A stretch of DNA of 64,000 bases from Bacteroidales bacterium (GTDB taxonomy: Bacteria > Bacteroidota > Bacteroidia > Bacteroidales > UBA1715), in contig JAITUU010000055.1 in assembly GCA_031286165.1 (NCBI GenBank), forward strand, positions 404-64,403, given 5' to 3'. Made by a program: the position numbers and the translations under genes. The notes beneath the pieces are model-generated. The model ran no database searches and was not told the DNA's origin. It saw only the letters and a program-made list of their open reading frames with translations. Every line of letters begins with the position of its first letter. The first letter of the stretch is position 1. Positions 43,416-51,027 of the stretch are shown one piece after another.

Positions 43416-43420
43416 TTTCA
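43416..43420. repeat. Target-site duplication, right copy (TTTCA)
   Basis: See the left copy. Joining the flanks through one copy gives ...SGGSGKSLMFRSLRTLK-HILTKGGRDKEL... in frame. Confidence 0.75.
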
Positions 43421-45641
43421 GCGTGCGCAGAGAGCGAAACATAAGCGATTTCCCACTACCGCCGCTGCTTTCGTTGCTTTTGCCCACCGGCGATTTTTCG
43501 TGCGTTTCCATAGCCCACACCGCCCATGATTTTGAAGAAAATTTATAGCGGTGCATACAGTAGCCGAGTGTGAAACATTTTGAGAAAAAATTGAGCATTT
43601 GCTCGCAGGCTTCTTCGTTGGTAAGTCGTGCGCCGGTAAGGTTATATTGATTGGCTTTGAAGTAGGCGGCATCGTCTTCGGGTGTGCCGGTGGCACGGTC
43701 TTCCATTTCTTTGCGCCAATGTATGCGACTACCGTTTATAAGATAGCGAGCATAGTGGCTTTTGAGCGATTGCACCGCCGCGAAGTCATCGAAATTGGCA
43801 GTGCCTTCGTCCCAATCTTTCCACCATATAGCAGGTGCGGTGCGTGTGAATGAAAGCGGACATACATTTTTTTGATGTATAAAAAACGGTATTTTGCTGT
43901 ATGGCACGGTTTGTACACCCTCTTTGGTAACGAGTACGGCGGTGTTGGCAAAAAACATATATTGGCTGTTGTAAGTACTATCGGTTGTGTTGAGTTCTAC
44001 TCACGGCAGAAAACCGAATATCAACTGTTCTTTGTTGCCCAATTTTACATAGAGTTCGCACACGGTTTGGTTGTGCGAAGAAAGATAATCGAACGCAAAT
44101 TGGGTGATTTCGCCCACGCTCACTTTTTTTACTATGTTTCTTTGTATGCGAGCATACACGTTTTTGTCTTTTTCTTCGCCTATTATGCAAAAATCATTGA
44201 TAGTGAGAAAATTCACAAGCCACAGAGGGCGTATGTGATATTTTCCTTTGCCTTTTTCATTTTCGGAAAAATCATAAAATTGATACGGCATTGCGCCGTT
44301 GAATAGTTTGTTCACAGGGTTGTATTCCTCTGTGGCAGCAAATTTTTCTGGCAGAGTTACAGTGCGGCAATCGGTCATTTTTTTTGCCACACTGCGGCGG
44401 TTTTCTTCGCTCTCGGCAAAGTAATATACCACTTCTGCACATTTGCGCAGTATGCTTTTTTCGTTGGCAGTGAGCGACTGCACCACACCGGCACAATGCA
44501 CAGCACAGTGTCCGTATTGCTCCACTATGGCGGCAATTTCGGGCGAAGAACAAATGACCACTTCGGGTAGTTTGCAATCTTCATTTTTGCTGTATAGTTC
44601 TTGTAATTCCTGCAATCCGTGCCATTCGCACGCTTTGGGTGCAGGTTGGGATTTTTTTATGGAAGGTACTATCGGGCGTGTGCCTTTGTTCACGGCAATA
44701 TCAATACCTGCTTTTTTTGCAAGTCCGAAAAAGGTAGTCAAATCACTATCATTGCGTGGATTTTTGAGGCAAGCGGAGTATTGCGTGTTGGTATCTTTTT
44801 CGTTGTATTTCGAGCAAAAACGGCTCAATCGGTGGTAGTAGTCGCGCCCGCTTTCGCCAAATCGGGACACGAGCGTAAAGCCCAACGCGAGCCAATCTTC
44901 ATAGTCAAAGGCAATGTCGGCATAACTTTGCTCTATACGTTCCAGCACTTTGTGAAAATCAGCCTCTTCTTGGTCGGCAGGTTTTAGCGGTGTTGCCACA
45001 GGTGCGGCAGGTTCTCCGTAGCGGAGCCAAAACTCCACATCAAATAGTTTTGTTTCGCGTTCTTCGGGCAGTACTGCTTGTGGGTCGTGGCACAAAAAGC
45101 AGGCGCGGCTTGTATCTTTACCGCTCTGGTCGGTTTGCAATCCATACTCCGTGCGCAGGTAGTTACTCACGGCGGTAAAATATTCGGTTTGATATTTGGA
45201 ACAATCTACCGGAATGTTTTTGCCTTTCTCGGCTACGTAATCGGCTGCAATTACCCATTTCAATCCATCGCCGCTTGGTGAGCGAAAAAGAAGTTTTGTG
45301 GCAAAATACTCGTCGCCCAGCAATAATTGCTTAGTAGCCTCCACATCGGGCAGGTGGTCGAAATCGAGTACCATAATTCCGCTGTGGGTTATCAAATTTC
45401 CGGCACCACGCTTGGTGAATGTGCCGGAAAAGGCTGCATAATCGAAATTCGCCGCTTTGTATTTTTTAGCCTCTTTGAGGTTGGCTATGCTGCGAAGGTG
45501 CTTTGTAACGTGGTAGTATTCACTGCCTGTAATGAGTTCATATACATCACGCAGTGAGTAGGGCGTGGCAAATGGGGTTGTGTTTTGTATCGGTTTTGAA
45601 AAAACCGAAAATAGTGGATTTTTTTGTGTTTTTTGTGTCAT
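43421..45641 (-). pseudogene. 5' part of the primase/SF3-helicase gene (primase N-domain + PriCT-2-like + Walker A), with an in-frame TGA, truncated by the prophage
   Basis: The 546-aa ORF has SGIMVLDFDH and a PriCT-2-like YEDWLALGFTLVSRFGESGRDYYHRLS. An in-frame TGA lies at 44001-44003. The same frame continues to Walker A SSGGSGKS at the prophage junction. Confidence 0.8.
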
Positions 45642-45744
45642 AATATTTGGTTATTTAATATATAATATATATCTTTGTCAAAAATATTTGGTTCTAAGCC
45701 TCATTGATAGTTTGTGTGTCAGTGAGGCTTTTTTCGTTTTAGTA

Positions 45745-45960
45745 TTATTCCGGAAAGCCTATTTTTTCGCACACAAGTTTCATTTGTGTGGCGGTAAAAA
45801 TTTTGTCGCCGCGCTTGAACCCTATTTTTTGCAATTCGGCACAGAGGTTGGGTATGCTTTCTATGCGCCGCCACAGGGTTTTACGGCTTATTTTTAGTTT
45901 GTTACAGAGTTCGCTTACTCCTATCAGCGTGCCTTTTTCTTCATTCGTTTGTGCGTTCAT
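45745..45960 (-). CDS. HTH DNA-binding protein (excisionase/AlpA-like)
   Basis: 71 aa. LIGVSELCNKLKISRKTLWRRI is a typical HTH. Directly upstream of the primase gene. Confidence 0.6.
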   Translation of the reverse strand: MNAQTNEEKGTLIGVSELCNKLKISRKTLWRRIESIPNLCAELQKIGFKRGDKIFTATQMKLVCEKIGFPE

Positions 45961-45984
45961 GTGTTTTGATTTAGTTTGGTGGTG

Positions 45985-46338
45985 TTATTCTTCTACATCG
46001 AAAGTCTGTGCACAAAAGGGGCATACATATCTATCGGCATGAGGCAGGTGAAACAGTAATGAGGCGTGGCTGCACCCGTGCCGTTTTTTTACAAGTTCCT
46101 GTATTTCTTCATCGGTGGCGGTAACATCGGGTAAACTCGCAATGTGTGCTTTGTATTGGTCGAAATAACTTTTGCCGCGCCACGAATTGCCGCACTGTGG
46201 GCAGTAACCTACTTTTTGCACTTCGGAAATTACAGGAATAAATACAACGCCCTGCAAAAAGCCGCGTTTGTACGCCTCTTTTTCGTCTTCTGTGGCAAGG
46301 AGTGCTTGCTCTTTGCGTATTTTTTCTTGGTAGTCCAT
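45985..46338 (-). CDS. Zinc-ribbon protein (117 aa)
   Basis: CPQC ... CPFC cysteine pairs. Confidence 0.5.
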   Translation of the reverse strand: MDYQEKIRKEQALLATEDEKEAYKRGFLQGVVFIPVISEVQKVGYCPQCGNSWRGKSYFDQYKAHIASLPDVTATDEEIQELVKKRHGCSHASLLFHLPHADRYVCPFCAQTFDVEE

Positions 46339-46592
46339 GTGGTTAGTTGTTAGGAGTTAGGGGTTAAAGTAGATATTTATTCACGTCATATGCTGTAGTC
46401 CAAATACCTTCAACAGATTTTTCCATTGTTCCCACAGAAAGAAGTATTTCTTTTTTTATTTTCTTTTCGGTTTCGGTTTCTTTTCTCGAAAACACTTATA
46501 CAACATTATTTTTATTTCCCATAATCCCATTCATTCGTGTCTTCATATTTGTCGTTTTTTAGTTATTATTTCAGTTGTGTACATAAAAAAAC

Positions 46593-46633
46593 CGGTACAG
46601 TTCATATTGAATTGTACCGGTTGTGAGGGAGGG
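46593..46633. repeat. Boundary repeat family, copy F (hairpin-forming variant)
   Basis: CGGTACAGTTCATATTGAATTGTACCGGTTGTGAGGGAGGGT. GGTACAGTTCA and TGAATTGTACC form an 11-bp stem with one mismatch. Confidence 0.6.
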
Positions 46634-46645
46634 TAAAAAAATTTT

Positions 46646-47185
46646 TTAGATTGTTTTCAAGTCAAAATACATTGCTCGTGTTTCTTCGTCTTTATCGGTT
46701 TCGGTCATAAACTTAAAACCATTTTTTTCGTAAAAATCGGTTACTTCGGCATAAGCATCTACGGTTATGAAACGGCAACCGGCTGTTTGCAGTGTTTCGG
46801 CGTACAGTTTTTTAACATAGAATACAATAATTCTGCCGAAACCTACCTGCGCCGATTTCTTATTGACAGCCAATCGTCCTATTTTTACGGCAGGGTGGCT
46901 TTTCTTACGTTTATTGTTTGCCACACTTCTACTCAATCTGTTCCATTCCGTTTTACTTACATCAATACGGGCTATACGGTCGTTTGATAATGAAAAATAG
47001 GCAATCGTTTCAGTGTTTGTTTGTAACACATAGGTTACGGCAAACAAATCATTCAAATATTTCTTTGCATCATTTTTCAAAAATTTATTCAAATCGTCTT
47101 TTCCGCAATCGAAAGAATGAATAGGAGTATCTTGTGTCAATCGAGCAATGTCCCATTCCAATTGTTCTACTTTTCCTAAACTCAT
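46646..47185 (-). CDS. GNAT-family acetyltransferase, probable TA toxin
   Basis: The acetyl-CoA motif region IGRLAVNKKSAQVGFGRIIVFYV and ...FYEKNGFKF. Start overlaps the stop of a 53-aa upstream ORF (ATGA). Confidence 0.65.
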   Translation of the reverse strand: MSLGKVEQLEWDIARLTQDTPIHSFDCGKDDLNKFLKNDAKKYLNDLFAVTYVLQTNTETIAYFSLSNDRIARIDVSKTEWNRLSRSVANNKRKKSHPAVKIGRLAVNKKSAQVGFGRIIVFYVKKLYAETLQTAGCRFITVDAYAEVTDFYEKNGFKFMTETDKDEETRAMYFDLKTI

Positions 47186-47343
47186 AATACAGGGAATGTT
47201 GCTCGTGATTTAATTAATTCATACGCAGCATCCATTTCTCTGCGTTCTTTTGCCGATATTTTTTTTGGATTTGCAATTTCTCTTTCAAATCTTCGAGCCT
47301 CTTCACCATACAGTGTCGGTGTTTCTTTTATAGGTCGTGCCAT
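47182..47343 (-). CDS. Putative antitoxin of the GNAT toxin (53 aa)
   Basis: Manually translated as MARPIKETPTLYGEEARRFEREIANPKKISAKERREMDAAYELIKSRATFPVL. Translationally coupled to the GNAT gene. Confidence 0.5.
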   Translation of the reverse strand: MARPIKETPTLYGEEARRFEREIANPKKISAKERREMDAAYELIKSRATFPVL

Positions 47344-47405
47344 AGTCTTATCCTTTTACGTTTTTTTTGCAAATATAACGCAAAATTTGAAAAATTGTTT
47401 CTTTT

Positions 47406-47447
47406 CGGTACAATTCAATGTGTCAATGAACTCGGTGGGTTGGGTGG
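47406..47447. repeat. Boundary repeat family, copy B
   Basis: CGGTACAATTCAATGTGTCAATGAACTCGGTGGGTTGGGTGG, 63 nt upstream of the GNAT-operon start, with a TATATTTG -7-like box in between. Confidence 0.7.
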
Positions 47448-47709
47448 TGTGTTGCTTCACACACAATAGATAAAAAAAGCATCGTTCAGTTTGTTATTCC
47501 GGCGAAGAAAGAAACTCACTCAACGATGTTTTTGTGTTATACATTTTTTGCAATTCACAATTGATTTTCTTCGCCTGCCAAACGTTCTCTGAATGTTTGG
47601 TTTTGTAAATGTATAATTTTTTCGGAGTAAAATCCAAAAAATTAATACAGTTTTTCCAAAAAAATTCAACACATATTTCTAATACACTAAATATTAATTA
47701 CTTAAATTT

Positions 47710-48039
47710 ATGGATATGAAAAAAACAATAGGACAACTAATTCAAGAAAAAGTAGAAGCCGAAAAAATGGAAGTAACGGCTTTTGCAAAGGCTATCGAAA
47801 AAGAACGTAGCAATGCGTATGATATTTTTAAAAGAGATAGTATAGATACAAAACTGTTGAAAAAAATTGGACAAGTTTTGAATCATGATTTTTTTCAAGA
47901 TTTATTAGAACCTGAAACAAAAAAACGATTAATGGCAAAGAGGGGGATAACTCGTAAAGTATTGGTTGAATTGGAACTTACAGACGAGGAAATTAATATG
48001 TTAAAAATAGAAAAAAAAATAATAGATGAACGACAATAA
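47710..48039 (+). CDS. Small HTH-like protein, first gene of an AT-rich three-gene operon
   Basis: 109 aa. TIGQLIQEKVEAEKMEVTAFAKAIEKERSNAYDIFKRDSI resembles an XRE-like HTH. Confidence 0.4.
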   Translation: MDMKKTIGQLIQEKVEAEKMEVTAFAKAIEKERSNAYDIFKRDSIDTKLLKKIGQVLNHDFFQDLLEPETKKRLMAKRGITRKVLVELELTDEEINMLKIEKKIIDERQ

Positions 48040-48604
48040 ACATGACAATTATAGACTGCTTTGGATACTCATGGCGTGCAGTGCTGCATTTTGGGTATTT
48101 GGTTTGATTGCAACACAATTCGGGTGTGTTTATACAGATATACAAACAGGCATAATTCTTACATTTATTGGTATTTTGGCAACTTTTGTTGTTGTAAGTA
48201 ATTATGCACAAGTACAAGATGTTGAAGAAAAGCATAATAAAGAAAAAGAACAATTACGCAAAGAAAATGCTGAATTAAGAAATGAAATTGATAAAAAAAT
48301 AGAGGAACAAAATAAGAAAAATACTGCCCAAACCCTTTTTACAATAGGAATGTTATTATTAAACGAAGGGAAAGTGGAAAATGCTATTGGTTGTTGCGTT
48401 GCTTCGGTATTGTGCTATTGTGAAATACATAAAATTGAAGAATGTTTTCTTGATAAAGAGGTTTTTAGCACCTTCACAAAAAAAGAAGATATAAAAGTGC
48501 GTAAATACTTAAAAAACAAGTGGATTGATGAATTAACGAAATACATTGTTAATACAAAAATACGGGAAATAATAGAAGAAATTAAAAAAATCAATGAATT
48601 ATGA
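48026..48604 (+). CDS. Two-TM membrane protein with a coiled coil (192 aa)
   Basis: TM segments LLWILMACSAAFWVFGLIA and GIILTFIGILATFVVV, followed by a K/E-rich coiled coil. Overlaps both neighbours. Confidence 0.45.
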   Translation: MNDNKHDNYRLLWILMACSAAFWVFGLIATQFGCVYTDIQTGIILTFIGILATFVVVSNYAQVQDVEEKHNKEKEQLRKENAELRNEIDKKIEEQNKKNTAQTLFTIGMLLLNEGKVENAIGCCVASVLCYCEIHKIEECFLDKEVFSTFTKKEDIKVRKYLKNKWIDELTKYIVNTKIREIIEEIKKINEL

Positions 48605-48942
48605 AAATAAATGCAAGCCTAATTGATAAGAAAAACGGAGAAGTCATACAAAATGAAATCAATGTAACTGTGTGTAATTCGTTCGTACCAAGTAACGTGT
48701 TTTTTATTGATAAAAAACATAAAGACGAGACAAAAATACAGAATATAATCAGTGCTGAAATGAAAGTACCGGCAGGGTGGATTCTGAGTTTAACTTTGAT
48801 ACAAATCATACAAGACGGTAGATTGGAAACATACATTATAGATTACACAATAAGTGATGAATATGAAATACAAGGAGATGAAGTTTTTGTTGATTGGTGT
48901 GGCAAACCATGCGTTTTAACTGAAAAATTAGATAACGAATAA
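48601..48942 (+). CDS. Hypothetical protein (113 aa), third gene of the operon
   Basis: ATGA-coupled to the membrane protein. No motif recognised. Confidence 0.45.
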   Translation: MKINASLIDKKNGEVIQNEINVTVCNSFVPSNVFFIDKKHKDETKIQNIISAEMKVPAGWILSLTLIQIIQDGRLETYIIDYTISDEYEIQGDEVFVDWCGKPCVLTEKLDNE

Positions 48943-48951
48943 TTCTCTTTT

Positions 48952-48995
48952 CCACCGAGTTCCTTGACATACTGAATTGTACTGAGAGAAAAAAT
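48952..48995. repeat. Boundary repeat family, copy C (reverse orientation), upstream of higB
   Basis: CCACCGAGTTCCTTGACATACTGAATTGTACTGAGAGAAAAAAT. Its reverse complement aligns with copies A and B. The last 26 nt are identical to 49695-49720. Confidence 0.7.
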
Positions 48996-49013
48996 TCACA
49001 AAAAAAGTGAATT
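48993..49013. promoter_or_regulatory. Perfect palindrome AATTCAC-N7-GTGAATT, candidate HigA operator
   Basis: Read at 48993-49013, between the boundary repeat and a TATCTTTG -7-like box (49033-49040) upstream of higB. Confidence 0.4.
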
Positions 49014-49049
49014 TTTAGAATAAAATAGTATCTTTGTAAAAACGAAGGT

Positions 49050-49370
49050 ATGAAAATAGTGTTTAAAAAAGAGTACTTGGCGGAATTATACAATACAGGA
49101 AAAACAACGAATAAAAAATATCGTTTCCAGCCCGAAGTAATTGCCGGGTATTTAAAATGCGTAAAAGCAATTCAAACTGTTGTGCGAATAGAAGATTTAT
49201 ATGTAATCAATTCATTGCATTACGAAAAATTGAGGGGAGATAAACAAGGCTTATCTTCCGTAAGAGTTAATAAACAATATCGACTTGAATTTAGAGAAGT
49301 AACTAATCCGAACAATATTACAGAAGTTGAATTTTGCTCACTAATAGAATTATCGAACCATTATAAATAA
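49050..49370 (+). CDS. higB: HigB-like toxin (RelE/plasmid-maintenance-killer family)
   Basis: 106 aa. ...LHYEKLRGDKQGLSSVRVNKQYRLEF is the typical HigB C-terminal pattern. Followed by a HigA-type gene. Confidence 0.7.
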   Translation: MKIVFKKEYLAELYNTGKTTNKKYRFQPEVIAGYLKCVKAIQTVVRIEDLYVINSLHYEKLRGDKQGLSSVRVNKQYRLEFREVTNPNNITEVEFCSLIELSNHYK

Positions 49371-49377
49371 TAGAAAC

Positions 49378-49710
49378 ATGACTACACATACTCCGTTTCG
49401 TCCGGTACACCCAAGCGAGATGCTGAAAGACGAGTTAGAATATAGAGGCATCAGTCAAAGAAAATTTGCCGATACGTTGGGAATGTCGTACACAGTACTC
49501 AATGAAATTTTGAATTGCAAACGCCCTATCTCTACCAATTTTGCTTTGGCAGTAGAAAGTTCGCTTGGTATTCCTGCATACATATTGAACAATATGCAAG
49601 CAGAGTATAATTTACAAACAGCACGAAAAGACCGAACCTTTGCCTATCAATTACGAAAAATACATAAGTTGGCAGTGGCTGCTTGTTTTTATCCTACTGA
49701 ATTGTACTGA
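49378..49710 (+). CDS. higA: HigA-family HTH antitoxin
   Basis: PVHPSEMLKDELEYRGISQRKFADTLGMSYTVLNEILNCKRPIS is the classic HigA/VapI HTH. Confidence 0.8.
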   Translation: MTTHTPFRPVHPSEMLKDELEYRGISQRKFADTLGMSYTVLNEILNCKRPISTNFALAVESSLGIPAYILNNMQAEYNLQTARKDRTFAYQLRKIHKLAVAACFYPTELY

Positions 49711-49720
49711 GAGAAAAAAT
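49695..49720. repeat. Boundary repeat family, copy D: exact 26-bp direct repeat of 48970-48995
   Basis: TACTGAATTGTACTGAGAGAAAAAAT brackets the higBA cassette. This copy also supplies the last codons and the stop of higA. Confidence 0.85.
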
Positions 49721-49893
49721 CTATAAAAACACTTATTTTTCTTCTTTTTTGTTATGTTTTTGCGTTCAAGATAGTATAACCACACTATTGGAAACGTTTT
49801 TTACGTTTCACGAAAGCAGTAGGCGACAAGAGGTGTAGTGCCGTGTCATACAAAGCCGACTGCTTTTTTATGAGGAGGAGAGAAAACAGATGA

Positions 49894-50340
49894 TTATTGT
49901 ATCAATGATTTCAGAAGTCCTAAGTCTGTTTCAAGGAGTTTTATGTTGTTAAATTGGGTAAAATCTTTTGTGTTGTTGGTCAAAATAGCATCGCATTTCT
50001 TTTTTTGACTCAAAATGTAGTGAACGCTATCTTCAATATCTTCACTGCTTTCATTAAATCCCTTTTTTATATCAGCCAAAGTAAGGTCTAAAACAGTGAA
50101 TTTACCCGACAAATAATTGAGTTCATTAATGGTCTTTTCTTTGCTGTATGCCTTTCTATTCCGTGCTTTGTTTCCCGATTGCAAACGGCTTATTGTTTGC
50201 ACTATTGCCAACGAAGATGTGAAAAGACTGTGTTTTTGGCGTTTTGCAAAAACGTGTTTGAGAGCCGCCACATCGGCAGTTTGCCCTGTGCAATAATTAA
50301 TGAGTACGTTGGTATCAACGTAGATTTTTACGTATCTCAT
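49894..50340 (-). CDS. vapC: PIN-domain toxin (VapC-like)
   Basis: 148 aa. N-terminal IYVDTNVLINY with a conserved Asp, and a later acidic IEDSVHY. Coupled to a 60-aa upstream ORF. Confidence 0.7.
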   Translation of the reverse strand: MRYVKIYVDTNVLINYCTGQTADVAALKHVFAKRQKHSLFTSSLAIVQTISRLQSGNKARNRKAYSKEKTINELNYLSGKFTVLDLTLADIKKGFNESSEDIEDSVHYILSQKKKCDAILTNNTKDFTQFNNIKLLETDLGLLKSLIQ

Positions 50341-50522
50341 TAGAATACCAATTTATTGAAACGTTTGCGTTCGGCAGCGGTAATCATATCAAGATTTGCC
50401 GCTACGTAATTATGTTCCGCAACCGCGTGTAATTTTGCTCGTGAATACCCTGATTTACTTAAAATAAGTTTCAGCAATTCGTCTTTTTGTTGTTTTACTA
50501 CATCTATTTTTTTTGTTGCCAT
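50340..50522 (-). CDS. Putative VapB-like antitoxin (60 aa)
   Basis: Its stop overlaps the PIN gene start by 1 nt. Confidence 0.45.
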   Translation of the reverse strand: MATKKIDVVKQQKDELLKLILSKSGYSRAKLHAVAEHNYVAANLDMITAAERKRFNKLVF

Positions 50523-50576
50523 AGTCGTAATTGTTTATTTGTTTATGCAAATATACAACGAAAACGAAAATTACAA

Positions 50577-50615
50577 TATTTTTCTCTGTACAATTCACTA
50601 TGAACTATACCGGTT
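50577..50615. repeat. Boundary repeat family, copy E (diverged), upstream of the vapBC-like operon
   Basis: ATTTTTCTCTGTACAATTCACTATGAACTATACCGG shares GTACAATTCA and the TTTCTCT flank with copies C and D. A TATATTTG box lies between it and the operon start. Confidence 0.5.
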
Positions 50616-50795
50616 TTTTTGTGCCGAAATCCTCACCAATAAGAAATGTGTGTGGTTTGGGTAATGAATAGGTAATGTTTGAAAAAAATTGAAAGTCAGT
50701 GTTTTATATATCTTATTTTCTTTTTTCTTACTTATTACTTATTTTTTTAGAAAAAAATAGAGAGAATAAAAATAGATATAAGAGAGGTACGAAAA

Positions 50796-50815
50796 TCCTG
50801 ATAAATTCCTGATAA
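50796..50815. repeat. Direct repeats TCCTGATAA x2 (11-bp spacing), candidate recombinase arm-type sites
   Basis: Read at 50796-50804 and 50807-50815, in the AT-rich non-coding arm ~120 bp inside the tRNA-fragment junction. Confidence 0.35.
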
Positions 50816-50930
50816 TGGGGTACATAGGAGGTATGAAATATATGAAAACAAAAAAAGAATGAAAATATAACTATATGCCATTCAGCGCATTATATGTTTT
50901 TGCGATGTGTTTTTACGTGCCGAGTGCATC

Positions 50931-50955
50931 GTCGGTTCGAGTCCGGCTCCCGCAA
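50931..50955 (+). tRNA. Partial tRNA gene: T-arm + 3' acceptor strand only (att-site remnant)
   Basis: GTCGG-TTCGAGT-CCGGC forms a T stem-loop, followed by the acceptor strand TCCCGCA and a discriminator A. No complementary 5' acceptor (TGCGGGA), D-arm or anticodon arm lies in the preceding ~75 nt. Confidence 0.6.
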
Positions 50956-50965
50956 CTTACTTAGA

Positions 50966-50992
50966 AAACACTGCGTTTGCGGTGTTTTTTTT
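50966..50992 (+). terminator. Terminator directly after the tRNA fragment (native tRNA terminator)
   Basis: AAACACTGC-gttt-GCGGTGTTT (one G-T pair) followed by a T-run. Confidence 0.65.
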
Positions 50993-51027
50993 CGTTTATA
51001 CCATTTTTGTCATCGCCCACTTTTTTT

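Larger units (their letters stand above)
1..50958 (-). mobile_element. Outer integrated phage-like island (partial; left end outside the window), with its right junction at a tRNA 3' fragment
   Basis: A near-unidirectional minus-strand gene train (structural-like operon, DNA-modification genes, primase-helicase, HTH) plus TA cassettes. It ends at a tRNA T-arm/acceptor fragment followed by a terminator and housekeeping genes. No integrase is visible in the window. Confidence 0.6.

Noticed and set aside
46340-46592. Tiny ORFs (16-20 aa) in the gap between the zinc-ribbon gene and the GNAT cassette
   Set aside because: They are too short and without a supporting context or conservation signal that I can evaluate. 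The region is more likely promoter/leader DNA.
50882-50955. Possible complete tRNA gene at the island/chromosome junction
   Set aside because: Only the T-arm and the 3' acceptor strand fold. The required 5' acceptor strand (TGCGGGA) is absent (the observed TCAGCGC/TGCGATG pair poorly). No convincing anticodon or D-arm can be drawn. Treated as an att-site fragment.
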